This document shows, one piece after another, positions 39,901 through 51,645 of a DNA stretch of 64,000 bases. Source of the stretch: Mobula birostris (taxonomy: Eukaryota). A program made the translations under genes and the position numbers. The stretch is taken from NCBI RefSeq assembly GCF_030028105.1, contig NC_092374.1, positions 179,941,487 to 180,005,486 of the forward strand, in the 5' to 3' direction. The notes under the pieces were generated by a model, which was not told the origin of the DNA, did not search any database, and worked only from the letters and a program-made list of their open reading frames with translations. The number at the start of each line of letters is the position of its first letter. Positions within the stretch are counted from its first letter, which is position 1.

Positions 39901-40270
39901 GGAATTCCAGCACCTGCAGATTTTCTCTTGTTTGCCATTCCAGAATCGAGTGATTCTTGATAGATCATTACCAATGCCTCCACAATCTCCTTAGGCACCT
40001 CTTTCAGAACCCTGGAGTGTACACCATCTGGTCCAGGTGATTCCTCTACCTTCAGACCTTTTATATTCCCAGGCATGTTTTCCTTAATAATTACAACTGC
40101 ACTTACTTCTGGCCCCTGACAATTTTAAATTTCTGGCATAGTGCTAGTATCTTCCATAGTGAAGAATTGACCCAAAATACTAAGTTCCTCTGCCATTTCT
40201 TTGTCCCCATTACTCCCTCTCCAGAGTTATTTTGTGGTCTGAAGTCCACTCTCACCTCTTTTACTGTATA
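36915..40270 (-). mobile_element. CR1 LINE split by nested Penelope fragments
   Basis: CR1 RT/C-terminus at 36915-38100 (ERVQRKFTR, LYSLEFRR) resumes at 39935-40270 (SPGPDGVHSRVLKEV). Confidence 0.8.
38105..39935. mobile_element. Rearranged Penelope-like element (minus-strand pieces 38105-39085, plus-strand piece 39086-39935) with a further insertion at about 38420-38950
   Basis: AF.RDRSLR.SL.H, GTYPCKQNKCYTCPY, HFTEHL...PVAVHF...H, RLEKQHLVFRLSSLQADGMNIDFSNF; terminal hammerhead at 39839-39876 mutated to CTGCTGA. Confidence 0.8.
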
Positions 40271-40326
40271 TATTTTCACGGTAACTCCTTAACAGGCAGG
40301 CCTCTCTTCCTGTTTGTATTTTCTAG

Positions 40327-40427
40327 ACTTGCCAAGGAGCCAGAGCGGCAACACTGTCTCGATAGGGAAATCATTGCTGTCTGCATCGGGGAAGGGGGTG
40401 TCCCAACCTGTGCTACAATCAAGAAAG
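40327..40427 (+). CDS. Tandem-module gene, exon 8 (B3)
   Basis: tttgtattttctag| ... aag|gtagga; 101 nt (same length as B1), phase 2 to 1; LAKEPERQHCLDREIIAVCIGEGGVPTCATIKK(E). Confidence 0.75.
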
Positions 40428-40982
40428 GTAGGAGCTTAACGTGGGGCCATGTAGTGCATTACTCACTGCCACCATCAAGATTTGGGATATGTCTAAATAA
40501 AAGGGGCCAGTGTCGATTCAGTGACAGGTTTGACAGTGAAGGGCACCCCCTTTTATTTTGTGTCTGCTCGATGAAAGAGGAGTGAGGAAGTTGTTGCAGC
40601 TTTGTACAGCTCTGGTTAGGTTACATCTGGATTAATTGTATTCAGTTCTGGTCTCCCCATTATAGGAAGGATGTTGAGGCTTTGCTGAGGTTGCTTTTGA
40701 AACTCAGCAGGATGCTGCCTGGATCAGAGGGCATATTCTATAAGGAGAGGCTGGACAAACGTGGGTTGTTTTCCCTGAATCAGGCGAGGCTGAGGGGAGA
40801 CCTGACGGAAGTTCATAAAATTATGAGAGGCGAAGATAAACAACTGGAATCTTGCCAGGGTCTAAATGTCAGATACTAGAGCGGACAAGATGTGTGGGGC
40901 AAGTTTATTGGTGGGTGTCTGGAATGTGCTGCCATGTGTGGTGATGGAGTCAGATGTGACAGAGGTCGAATAATCTCTTCTC

Positions 40983-43400
40983 CATAAGACCATAAGACAA
41001 AGGAGCAGAAGTAGACCATTCGGCCCATCGAGTCTGCTCCGCCATTTTATCATGAGCTGATCCATTTTCTCCTATTTAGTCCCACTCCCCTGCCTTCTCA
41101 CCATAACCTTTGATGCCCTGGCTACTCAGATACCTATCAATCTCTGCCTTAAATACACCCAATGACTTGGCCTGCACTGCTGCCCGTGGCAACAAATTCC
41201 ATAGATTCACCACCCTCTGACTAAAAAAATTTCTTCGCATTTCTGTTCTGAAAGGGCGCCCTTCAATCCATAAGTCATGCCCTCTCGTACTGGACTCCCC
41301 CGTCATGGGAAACAACTTTGCCACATCCACTCTGTCCATGCCTTTTAACATTCGAAATGTTTTTATGAGGTCTCCCCTCATTCTTCTAAACTCCAAGGAA
41401 TACAGTCCAAGAGCGGACAAACGTTCCTCATATGTTAACCCTCTCATTCCCGGAATCATTCTAGTGAATCTTCTCTGTACCCTCTCCAACGTCAGCACAT
41501 CCTTTCTTAAATAAGGAGACCAAAACTGCCCACAGTACTCCAAGTGAAGTCTCACCAGCGCCTTATAGAGCCTCAACATCACATCCCTGCTCCTATACTC
41601 TATTCCTCTAGAAATGAGCGCCAACATTGCATTCGCCTTCTTCACTACTGACTCAGCCTGGAGGTTAACTTTAAGGGTATCCTGTACGAGGACTCCCAAG
41701 TCCCGATGCATCTCAGAACTTTGAATTCTTTCCCCATTTAAATAATAGTCTGCTCGTTTATTTTTTCTGCCAAAGTGCATAACCATACACTTTCCAACAT
41801 TGTATTTCATTTGCCACTTCTCTGCCCATTCTTCCAATCTATCCAAGTCTCTGCAGACTCTCCGTTTCCTCAGCACTACCGGCCCCTCCACCTATCTTCG
41901 TATCATCAGCAAACTTAGCCACAAAGCCATCTATTCCATAATCCAAATCATTGATGTACAACGTAAAAAGAAGCGGCCCCAACACTGCTCCCTGCGGAAT
42001 ACCACTGGTAACCGGCAGCCAACCAAAATAGGATCCCTTTATTCCCACTCTCTGTTTCCTGCCAATCAGCCAACGCTCTATCCATGTATGTAACTTTCCT
42101 GTAATTCCATGGGCTCTTATCTTGTTAAGTAGCCTCATGTGTGGCACCTTGTCAAAGGCCTTCTGAAAATCCAAATATACAACATCCACTGCATCTCCCT
42201 TGTCTAGCCTACTGGTAATTTCCTCAAAAAATTGTAATAGGTTTGTCAGGCAGGATTTTCCTTTAAGGAATCCATGCTGAGTTCTGCCTATCTTGTCATA
42301 TGCCTCCAGGTACTCTGTAACCTCATCCTTGACAATCGACTCCAACAACTTCCCAACCACGGATGTCAAGCTAACAGGTCTATAATTTCCTTTTTGCTTC
42401 CTTGCCCCCTTCTTAAATAGCGGAGTGACATTTGCAATCTTCCAGTCCTCCGGAAGCATGCCAGAATCTATCGACTTTTGAAAGATCATCGCTAATGCCT
42501 CCACAATCTCCACAGCTACTTCCTTCAGAACACGAGGGTGCATTCCATCTGGTCCGGGAGATTTATCTACCTTTAGCCTATTCAGCTTCCTGAGTACTTT
42601 CTCTGTCGTAATTGTGACTGCACACACTTCTCTTCCCTGCCACCCTTGAGTGTCCGGTATACTGCTGTCTTTCTCAGTGAAGACTGATGCAAAATACTTG
42701 TTCAGTTCCTCTGCCATCTCCTCATTTCCCATTACAATTTCTCCAGCATCATTTTCTATTGGTCCTATATCTACTCTCACCTGTCTTTTACTCTTTATAT
42801 ACTTGAAAAAGCTTTTAGTATCCTCTTCGATATTATTTGCTAGCTTCCTTTCATAGTTAATCTTTTCTCTCTTAATGACTTTCTTGGTTTCCTTTTGTAA
42901 GGTTTTAAAAACTTCCCAATCCTCTCTCTTCCCACTAATTTTTGCTTCCTTGTATGCCCTCTCTTTTGCTTTAACTTTGGCTTTGACTTGTCAACCACGG
43001 TTGCATCCTTTTTCCACTCGAAAATTTCTTCTTTTTTGGAATATACCTGTCTTGCACATTCCTCATTTCTCGCATAAACTCCAGCCACTGCTGCTCTGCT
43101 GTCTTTCCCGCCAGTGTCTCTTTCCAGTCAACTTTGGCCAGTTCCTCTCTCATGCCACTGTAATTTCCTTTACTCCACTGAAATACCGACACATCAGATT
43201 TCGGCTTCTCTTTTTCTAATTTCACAGTGAACTCAGTCATGTTATGATCACTGCCTCCTAAGGGTTCCTTCAACTCAATCTCTCCAATCACCTCCAGTTC
43301 ATTACACAATACCCAACCTAGTACAGCCGATCCCCTAGTGTGCTCAACAACAAGCTGTGCTAAAAAGCCATCTCGCAGACATTCTACAAATTCTCTCTCT
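40983..43400 (-). mobile_element. Young CR1 LINE, 5'-truncated, ORF2 nearly intact
   Basis: ORFs 42971-43309, 41839-42780 and 41076-41891 join through a few frameshifts: SDHN, NYRPVSLTS, YLDFQKAFDKVPH, SGIPQGAVLGP, KFADDTK; (tcttatgg)-type tail. Confidence 0.95.
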
Positions 43401-43440
43401 TGAGATCCAGGCTATCATCCGGGTACAGTTGTTGATTTTA

Positions 43441-43482
43441 ACTGATGTTTCGATGACGAGCTCTGCCATTTTCATCAGGAAT
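43441..43482 (-). ncRNA. Second-family hammerhead motif (different stem II)
   Basis: Minus strand attc CTGATGA aaatggc agagctc gtcatc GAAAC ATC agt; atggc/gtcat stem II; stem I poor. Confidence 0.45.
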
Positions 43483-43848
43483 ATGATAGAGGTGCTTAAG
43501 AGGCTCATGGATCGGTACGTGACTATTCCGAGAATGGAAAGATATGGACATTGTGGCGGCAGAAGTGAGTAGTTTCATTAGGGATGTATCTTAATTAGTT
43601 TGGCACACAACCAAAGGTCCTGTGTCTGTGTTGCACTGTTCTGTTAAACAGCCAATTGATATCTTTACTCCACAGAATATTTTCCCATCTATTTGATTGG
43701 GATCTTGTTGTGTGTTGAATGGTGTCCATAGTGTGCTGATGTAACCTGGGACACTAGCTCGGGGAGTGGAAGCCGAGCAGCAGGACAGGTTTACCTGTGG
43801 ATCCATCCACGTGGAGTAAACGTCTTTGTTGTCCTTGTCTTCCCGCAG

Positions 43849-43930
43849 AGCAAGAGGAGTTGTACAGTCTGCCTTCGCCAGCGGCGTCTGCCTTCTCTGG
43901 GACCACGGTGACCCTGTCACATCCGAGCAG
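43849..43930 (+). CDS. Tandem-module gene, exon 9 (C3)
   Basis: cttgtcttcccgcag| ... cag|gtgcgg; 82 nt, phase 1 to 2; (E)QEELYSLPSPAASAFSGTTVTLSHPS. Confidence 0.82.
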
Positions 43931-44077
43931 GTGCGGGGGCTGCTTTAACCAGCTGGTCACGGGGCTCAGTAAATGCTAATGGGTGCCCAGGATGAACATG
44001 TAATTGTCCAAAAAATAAATGGTGAGAGGTGGTATGTATTGGGCAGAACAAGGAAAGGCAAAGCATGGACACGAGAG

Positions 44078-44283
44078 CAGCACACACAAAAGGCTGGAGG
44101 AACTCACCAGGTCAGGCAGAGCCTATGGAAATGAGTAAACAGTTGATATTTCAGTATGATGAAGGGTCTCGGCCCAAAACGTCGACTGTTTACTCATTTC
44201 CATAGATTCTGCCTGACCTGCTGAGTTCCTCCAGCATTTTGTGTGTGTTGTTTGGATATCCAGTATCTTCTGATTTTCTCGTT
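44078..44283. mobile_element. Fold-back Penelope-terminus element
   Basis: About 65-bp inverted arms (cacacacaaaa..ctatggaaatgagtaaacagt / actgtttactcatttccatag..ttttgtgtgtg) around a mutated hammerhead core. Confidence 0.75.
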
Positions 44284-45631
44284 TATAATCACAAGAGATC
44301 CTACTGGAAATCAAGCAACACATACAAAATGCTGGAGAAACTTCAGCAGGCCGGGCATCATCTATGCAGGGGAATTGGCAGTTGTTGTTATGTGCTGAGA
44401 CCTTTCATCAGAGCTGGGAAGGAAGGGGACAGAAGCCAGATTTAGAGGAAGGGTGGTAGCGGAGGAATACGAGCTGACATGTCTCGGGGAAGGTGGGCAA
44501 AGTCTAGGCGAGCAATAGTGATAGGGGATCCTGGAGTAAGGGGTACAGATTGGTGCTTCTGTGGCCACAAGCAAGACTCCGGGATGGTGTGCTGCCTCGC
44601 TGGTGCCAGAGCCAAGGATGTCTTAGTGGGCACAGGTTATTTTGAAGGGGGTCGGTAAGCAGCTGGAGGTTATGGTCCAGTGACATAAGATGGGGAAGGG
44701 GGACAAAGTCCTACAAAGACAGTGTAGGTGGAAAGTTTAAAAAGCAGGACCAGTAGGATTATAATCTCAGTATGGCTCCTTGTGCTAGCGAGGCAAGAAA
44801 TGGGAAGGTGATACAGTTAAATGCAGAGCACAGGGGACTCCTTTAGATACCTGAATAATTGGGATATTTACCAAGGCAGTGGGATTGGTACAAGAAGGAC
44901 GGGTTGTAGCTAAACTGTGATATCCTTACTGGGAGTTTTGCTAATACTATTCAGAAGAGTTCAACGTAACCTGATAGGGGTGTTGGATCTAGAGTAGCAG
45001 GTCAGCAAGTAGATGGGTTGACAAGAAGGTAGAGTTTAAGTCTGTAACGAAGGACGGGTAGGATCACATTAATATACAAGATGGGACTGATGGGCTGAGG
45101 TACATTTATTTCAGTGCAAGAAGTATTACAGTAAGGCAAGTGAACTTTGAGCCTGGATGAATATATGTGTAGTAGCCATTACAATGATGGTTGAGGGAAG
45201 GGCAGGACTGACAGCTCAACTTTCCAGGGTGCAGATGTTTCAGACGTGATAAAAGTTGGGGGCGGGGGGGTTACATTACAGATCAGGGAAAGCGGCAGAG
45301 CTGCTCTCAGTAACGACATACTGGAGAGCTCATCCACTGAGGGAAATGGGTGGAGATCAGGAATAAGAAGGATGTAAGCCCTCTGCAGTTGTACCATAGG
45401 CCTCTCAACAGGCAGCACGGGATGGAGTTACAGATGTAGGCAGGTTATGGAAGGATGCAAAAGCAATAGGGTAGTTGCAGTTGGTGAACTGCCTTGAGCT
45501 TGACTTCCAAGTTCAGTATTGACTTGGAACTGCCTTAGTACTTGACATTTGAGGCAGAATTTATTAGGTGCATTCAGGAAAGTTTCTTGATTCAGTATGT
45601 AGATAGTCCAACCAGGGAAAGTGTCACACTA

Positions 45632-45900
45632 ACATAAGGAAATCTGCAGATGCTGGAAATTTAAGCAACACATACTAAAACTGCTGGTGAACGCAGCAAG
45701 CCAGGCAGCATCTATAGGAAGAGGTACAGTCGACGTGTTGGGCCGAGACCCTTCGTCAGGACTAACTGAAAGAAGAGATAGTAAGAGATTTGAAAGTGGC
45801 AGAGAGAGGGGGAGTCTCGACCCGAAACGTCAACTGTACCTCTTCCTATAGATGCTGCCTGGCCTGCTGCGTTTACCAGCATTTTTAGTGTGTGTTGCTT
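45632..45900. mobile_element. Fold-back Penelope-terminus insertion with perfect 14-bp TSD
   Basis: aaagtgtcacacta at 45618-45631 and 45901-45914; about 90-bp inverted arms. Confidence 0.85.
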
Positions 45901-46183
45901 AAAGTGTCACACTAGACCTTTTTTCAGAAAATGAATCTGGTTAGGTGATTGAAGTTTCAGAAGGGAAAATATTTTAAGAACAGTGATCATATCTCCACAA
46001 GTTTTCAGACAGTGAAGTTGTCTGACTGATAGGACTGGACCTCCTGGCAAAGTGCTAAATTGGGACAGGGCTAATCACAACAGTGTTGGGCAGGAGCTGG
46101 GGAGAGGAGGTTGGGAGCAGGTTAGTATTGAGTAAGTCCACGTCTGACATGGGAGTTGTTTAAAGACCAGCTCGTTAGAAGTA

Positions 46184-47794
46184 CAATGCCTTTAAAAAGT
46201 ATTCACCCACCTTGGAAGTTTTCATGTTTTATTGTTTTACAACATTGAAACACAGTGGATTTAATTTGGCTCTTTTGACAGTGATCAACAGAAAAGACGT
46301 GTCAAAGTGAAAACAAATTTCTACAAATTTATTCCAATTATTAAACACAAAATAATTGATTGCATATTCACTCACCTCATTCAATTCAGTATTTAGTAGG
46401 TGTGCCTTTGGCAACAATTACAGACTTAAGTCTGTGTGAATAGGTCTCTATTAGTCTTGCACATCTGGACACTGCATGTAATTCTCATCCTTCTTTATAA
46501 AACTGATCAGACTCTGTCAGATTGCATGGAGTTGTTAGTGAACAGCTGTTTTCAAGTCCAACCACAGATTCTTAGTTGGATTGAGGTGTGGCTTAGCCAC
46601 TCCAGGACACTAACTTAGTTGTTTTGAAGCCATTCCTGAGAAACTTCGGCTTCATGCTTGGGTTCATTATCTTGCTGGAAAACAAATCTTCTCCCAAGTG
46701 GCAGTTGTCTTGTAGACTGCATCACGTTTTCTTCCAGGATCTCCCTGTATTTTGCTGCATTCATTTTACCCTCTACCTTCACAAGCCTTCCAGGGCCTGC
46801 TGCAGTGAAGCATCCCCACAGCATAATGCGGCACCACCATGCTTCACAGTAGGGAAGGTGTGTTTTTGAGTATGTGTTGTGTTGGGCCTACACCAAACAA
46901 TGGCATTTAGTCTGATGGTCAAAAAGCTCAATTTTGGTTTCATCAGGACATAGAACCATCTTCCAACTGACTTCAGAGTCTCCCACATGCCTTCTGGCAA
47001 ACCCTAGCTGAGATTTCATGTTTTTTTTTCCAACAGTGGCTTTCTCTTTGCCAATCTCCCATAAAGCTGAAACTGATGAAGCGTCTGGGCAACAGTTGTA
47101 TGTGCAGTCTTTCCCACCTCAGCCACTGAAGCTTGTAATTCCTCCAGAGTTGTCATAGGTCTGTTGGTGGCCTCCCTCACTAGTCCCCTTCTTTCATGGT
47201 CACTCAGTTGTTTGAGGACAGCCTGCTCTAAGCAGATTTACAGCTGTGCCATATTCTTTAAATTTATTGATGATTAACTTAACTGTACTCCAAGAGATAT
47301 TCAGTGACTTGGAGATTTTCTTTTCTCTATCTCCTGACTTGTGCTTTTCAATAACCTTTTCGCAGAGTTGCTTTGAGTGTTCTTTTGCTTTCATTGTGTA
47401 GTTTTTGCCAGGATACTGACTCACCAGCAGCTGGACCTTCCAGATACAGGTGTATTTTTACTACACTCAATTGAAACACCTTGACTGCACATAGATCTCC
47501 AAAAACAGATCTCTATTTAACTAATTATGTGACTTCTAAAACCAATTTGCTGCACCAGTGCTGATTTGGTGTGTCATGTTAAAGGGGCTGAATATTTGTG
47601 CAATCAACTATTTTGTGTTTTATATTTGTAATTAATTTAGATCATTTTGTAGAGATTGCTTTTTACTTTGACAGAAAAGTCTTTTTCTGTTGATCAGTGT
47701 CAAAAAAGCCAAATTAAATTCACTGTGATTCAATGTTGCTAAACAATAGAACATGAAAACTGCCAAGGCGGGTGAATACTTTTTATAGGCACTG
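46184..47794 (-). mobile_element. Full-length Tc1-family transposon (Passport-like), transposase inactivated
   Basis: TA duplications at 46182-83 and 47795-96; long (about 200 bp) TIRs starting ca[ag]tgcct[ta]taaaaagtattcacc; minus-strand MKAKEHSKQLCEKVIEKHKSG...WSTVK.II.KFKEYG, DETKIELF, TVKHGG, MLWGCF, FQQDNEPKH; frameshifts present. Confidence 0.92.
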
Positions 47795-49084
47795 TATGCT
47801 CCTGTGAGGAGGACAGTCAAGGATGGCAAGGTTTGGGGAGCTTGGATGATGAGAGATGTTGCAAATGTATTCAAGGAAGTACATGTAAACTGTAGGAAGT
47901 TGAAATTGGATGGGGTCCTTGAGAAATGTGAAGGAAGTAGAAAGGAACTTAAATGGACAATTAGGAGCATTCAAAGGAGCCATGTTAGAGAGAACTCCAA
48001 GGTATTTTAGACTCAAGACATTCTGCAGATGTTCTAAATATTGAGCAACACACACAGAATGCTGGAGGAACTCAACGGGTCAGGTAATGTCTATGGCAGC
48101 AATCATCAGTTGATGTTTTGAGCTGAGACCCGACATCAGGACTGGAAAGGAAGGGGGCAGAAGACTGAATAAGGAGTTGGGGAGAGTGCAAACTGGCAGG
48201 TGAGGGGGAAGGTGAGTGGTTTGGGGAGGGCGTAATGTGAGAATCAGTGGGTGTGCTAGAAGAAGTAAAGGGCTGCAGAAGGAGGAATCTGATTAGAGAG
48301 GACAATGGCCCATGGAGTGAAAAAAGAGGAGGTGGGGGACCAGAAGGAGGTGATGAGCACGTTATGAGAATAGGGAAGAAGAAGAGAAAGGGTGAGAGGG
48401 CCTCCAGGATGGGGTACATCAAGAAAGCAGAGGTGGAAGGAAGGGGAAACAGACAGGAATGGATGCTGGAAGTTAGAGAAAGCATTTAGACGTATATTAA
48501 AAACAAGAGGACAATCACAGAGAGGGTAACTAGTGATAGGTGGTCACCCACTAGTTTCTAATGTATGTCTAGTGCAGCTACCTCTCAACGACAAAGGAGG
48601 GAATGTAAGTTTGGAATTAGATGAAACAGTTGGGGTGCTAAAGAAGTACTTCACTCCAGTATTCACCAAGGAGTAGGGCATGGAGGACAGTGAAGCCAAG
48701 AGGGGTATGCTGATATTCCAAGGCATGTTCATAACACGAATGTGGTGTTGCTGGGTCTGGTGAAGATAAATCACTGGGGCCTGGTGGGATATACCCCAGG
48801 CAATTAGGAGGCGAGAGAGGAAATTATTTGGGCCTTGACAGAGATCATTATATCTGTTTTAGCTACAGGGGAGATGCCGGAGAACTGTGGATTAGCAATT
48901 GTTCTTTGGCTTATGTTGTACAATAGATACATATCAGGGAGTTATTACCCCGGTGAATTATACCTCAGTGGTAGGGAAAATATTGGAGAAGATCCTTGTT
49001 ATGCTACTGGTCATCAACACTTCCACCATTGCTTCCTTAATTACATTGTGCACCCTGTCTAAAGGTGTCCTCTCTGTGTCTTAG

Positions 49085-49336
49085 TGATGTGAGCCTTGAA
49101 GAGGAGTGCTTGGTCAACACAACAGTGGCATCAGAGAGTGAGACCGAGGGGACAGAGATGGTGACCAACCGAAGAAAGAGACCTGCCTTCCCAGATGAAG
49201 ACTCCAAGGGCAGCAATGTGCGGTGGGATCGTCCCGGGCTGTTGGACATTGGAGCAGAGATTGATCGTTGGAACTTTGTGAAGGGTTACTTGAAGCTAAA
49301 GACCGACGAAGAGATGGCTGGGGTGTTACTGGACTT
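49085..49336 (+). CDS. Tandem-module gene, exon 10 (A4)
   Basis: ctctctgtgtcttag| ... tt|gtgaga; 252 nt, phase 2 to 2; (S)DVSLEEECL...NRRKRP...LLDIGAEIDRWNFVKGYLKLKTDEEMAGVLLD(L). Confidence 0.85.
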
Positions 49337-50144
49337 GTGAGAACCCACTCATCGTTCTGTCCTTCAGGTTCTAATTAGGAGGATGCTACCAGGACTCTGG
49401 CCTGAGTTATAGGAAGGGAGTGGGCAGGCTCGGACAATATTCCTCATGTCCGTGGTCTACTGGCTGGTTGAAGCTGGCTGTTTCCCCCACTCGTGCTTTG
49501 CGCAAGGTATGAAAGTCAAGCCAGTGCAGTGGGTAGAGCTGCTGCTTCACAGTGCCAGAGACCTGGGATTGATCCTGACTTTGGGTGCTGTCTTTGTGGA
49601 GTTCGTATGATCCCCTTGTGACCATGTGGGCTCTCCCGCAATGCCGTAAAGTACAGCAGGGAATCAGGCCCTTTGTCCCAACTCATCTGTACTGACCAAG
49701 TTGCCTGACTAACCTTGTCCATTTCCCTGTGTTTGGCCCATATCCTTCTAAACCTTTCCTATCCATGTATCTGTCCAAATGTCTTTTAGACGTTGTAATT
49801 GTACTGACCTCTTACTCTTCCTTTGGTACCTCGTTCCATATATCCACTACCCTTTGTGAATACATTCCTCTTGGATCCTTTTGACATCTTTCCCCTCTCA
49901 CCCTAAACCCATCCCCTCTTTTTGAGGGACTAATTACCTGGGAAAAAGACTAACAATCCACCTATCTGTCCCCCTCATGATTTTACATATACGGGTCTCT
50001 CTTCAACCTCCTACGTTCCAAGGGAAAATATCCCAGCAAGTCCAGTCCATCCTTATAACACAATACCACCCCCCCCCGCCCCCCAGTGCTGATAACATCC
50101 TTGTAAATACATTTTCTGTCCAATTTAATGACATTCTTTCTTTA

Positions 50145-50430
50145 AAATTACTACTACATCGACTCAGGCCTGGGGGGGGCCGGCGTCAGGCACGATGATG
50201 GACTCTCCACTTCTCCCTCTCCCTCATCAGTGTGTTCAGTTCATCTACATTAGCCGCGCCGCTGTCTTCTAGGAGTGTGTTGACCATAGTCTTGGGAGGG
50301 CGCCCAGGGTTCATCCTCCCATGCTTGGGCTCCCATACCCATATGATGACTAGGCTGGCAGGTAGCTCAGGGTGGCGTAGACAGTGCCCCGCTAGTTGCA
50401 GTCTTCTCACCTCGATTTTAGTGGTGAATG
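50145..50430 (-). mobile_element. RTE-clade LINE 3' end
   Basis: RRLQLAGHCLRHPE...WEPKHGR.NPGRP.KT....L.ED...M..R.KWR followed by a tagtagtaa tail. Confidence 0.85.
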
Positions 50431-50663
50431 CAGTACGTTAAATGTGGCGTTACCAATGTCATGTACAGCTCTGGTTTCTTCCCACATTCCTGAGATGTAC
50501 AATTGTTTGATTAATTGGCTGTTATAAATTGCCCCCCAGTGTGTGGGTGTGGGGAGATTAAAATGGGATTAGTGTAAATGAGTGTTTAATGTTCAGAGTA
50601 AAATTTGTCCTTTTCTGTGCTCTATGACGCTCGTGAACATTTGGTGTTATCCTCTATTTCCAG

Positions 50664-50733
50664 ATACATGAAGACACATGCAAGTCCACCCCATCCACTG
50701 ACTTCATTTCCTGTGTTTGTGAAGAAAGTGTGA
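50664..50733 (+). CDS. Tandem-module gene, exon 11 (B4), coding to TGA
   Basis: cctctatttccag|; phase 2 gives (L)YMKTHASPPHPLTSFPVFVKKV*; the Y matches F in B1/B2; strong donor aag|gtcagt at 50754; the end of the CDS is ambiguous. Confidence 0.6.
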
Positions 50734-51514
50734 GAGGCTTCCCCCAGTTGTAAGGTCAGTTCCAACTCCTGGTTTTAATTAAGTCTTTTCCCATTTATCC
50801 TGGAGTGAATTGTTATGTTGATCAGCCACTGTTGGAGTATGTTCCCTATCTGTTGACTGTTCTCCTCCCCCCCCACCGCCCACTTCTGTCCTGAGAACCA
50901 CCGGAAGGTTCTGTTGCCGGGGAGCTGCTTGATACAGTGTATACCGGTAATACAACGGGGCTATTCTAGACCTTACATTGGGATCATCAACCAGCCTTTT
51001 ACACTGAGCTTATACTATTCTCCCCATATTCCAACAACTCCCTGCAGATTCTACCACTCTGCTGCCTGTACCATGTAGGTTACAGTGGCCAGTCAACCCA
51101 CTGAGCCACACATCATTGGAATGTGGAGGTAACCGAGCACCCAGGGGAATTCAACGTGGACACAGCGAGAACATGCAAACCCTACACGCAGCAGCTTTGA
51201 GGCAGCAGCTCCGCCCATTGCACCACTTTGCTGCCTACACATCTTACGGCAAGCATTGTCTTGAGGTTATATCAACGCTCCCTGCAAGTGTTTTCCTTTG
51301 GAGACACCAAGAGACTGCAAATGCTGGAATTTGGAGCAGCACAATCTGCCGGAGGAACTCAGTATTTGTGGGGTGGGGGAGGAGGAATTGTTGGCGATCC
51401 TGCAGCAGTTCCTCTACCACCTGGGGTGTTGGCCACAGTGTGTACACTCAGGGAGTGGGTGGGTGTGGCTGTGTGTGTGCTGCTAAGGGTTAATCCAGCT
51501 GCGCTTCCTCTCAG

Positions 51515-51645
51515 GTCGAGCAGAGCGGAGCAGCGCGGTGTTTGCAGCCACGAATGGTTAGCACGGCCGGCACCAGTGAGCCAGGAACTGCCTGCTTTTG
51601 CGGCCCAGGATCAGAGTTGGGAGCTAGCACCTCGCACCCAGGCAG
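51515..51645 (+). other. Probable exon 12 (C4) of the tandem-module gene, coding status uncertain
   Basis: cttcctctcag| ... cag|gtactg; the phase-0 frame ends GSELGASTSHPG(R), aligning without gaps to C2 GSESTVTLSHPS. Confidence 0.5.

Larger units (their letters stand above)
44500..49000 (+). mobile_element. Old CR1 (ORF1 to ORF2 remnants) interrupted by Penelope, Tc1 and Penelope insertions
   Basis: ORF1 (VIGD, MVCCLAGAR) and endonuclease/tether remnants continue across the inserts at 45632-45900, 46184-47794 and about 48020-48480. Confidence 0.65.

Noticed and set aside
41076-43309. Long RT ORFs as a host gene or active element
   Set aside because: Ordinary CR1 ORF2, 5'-truncated and frameshifted.
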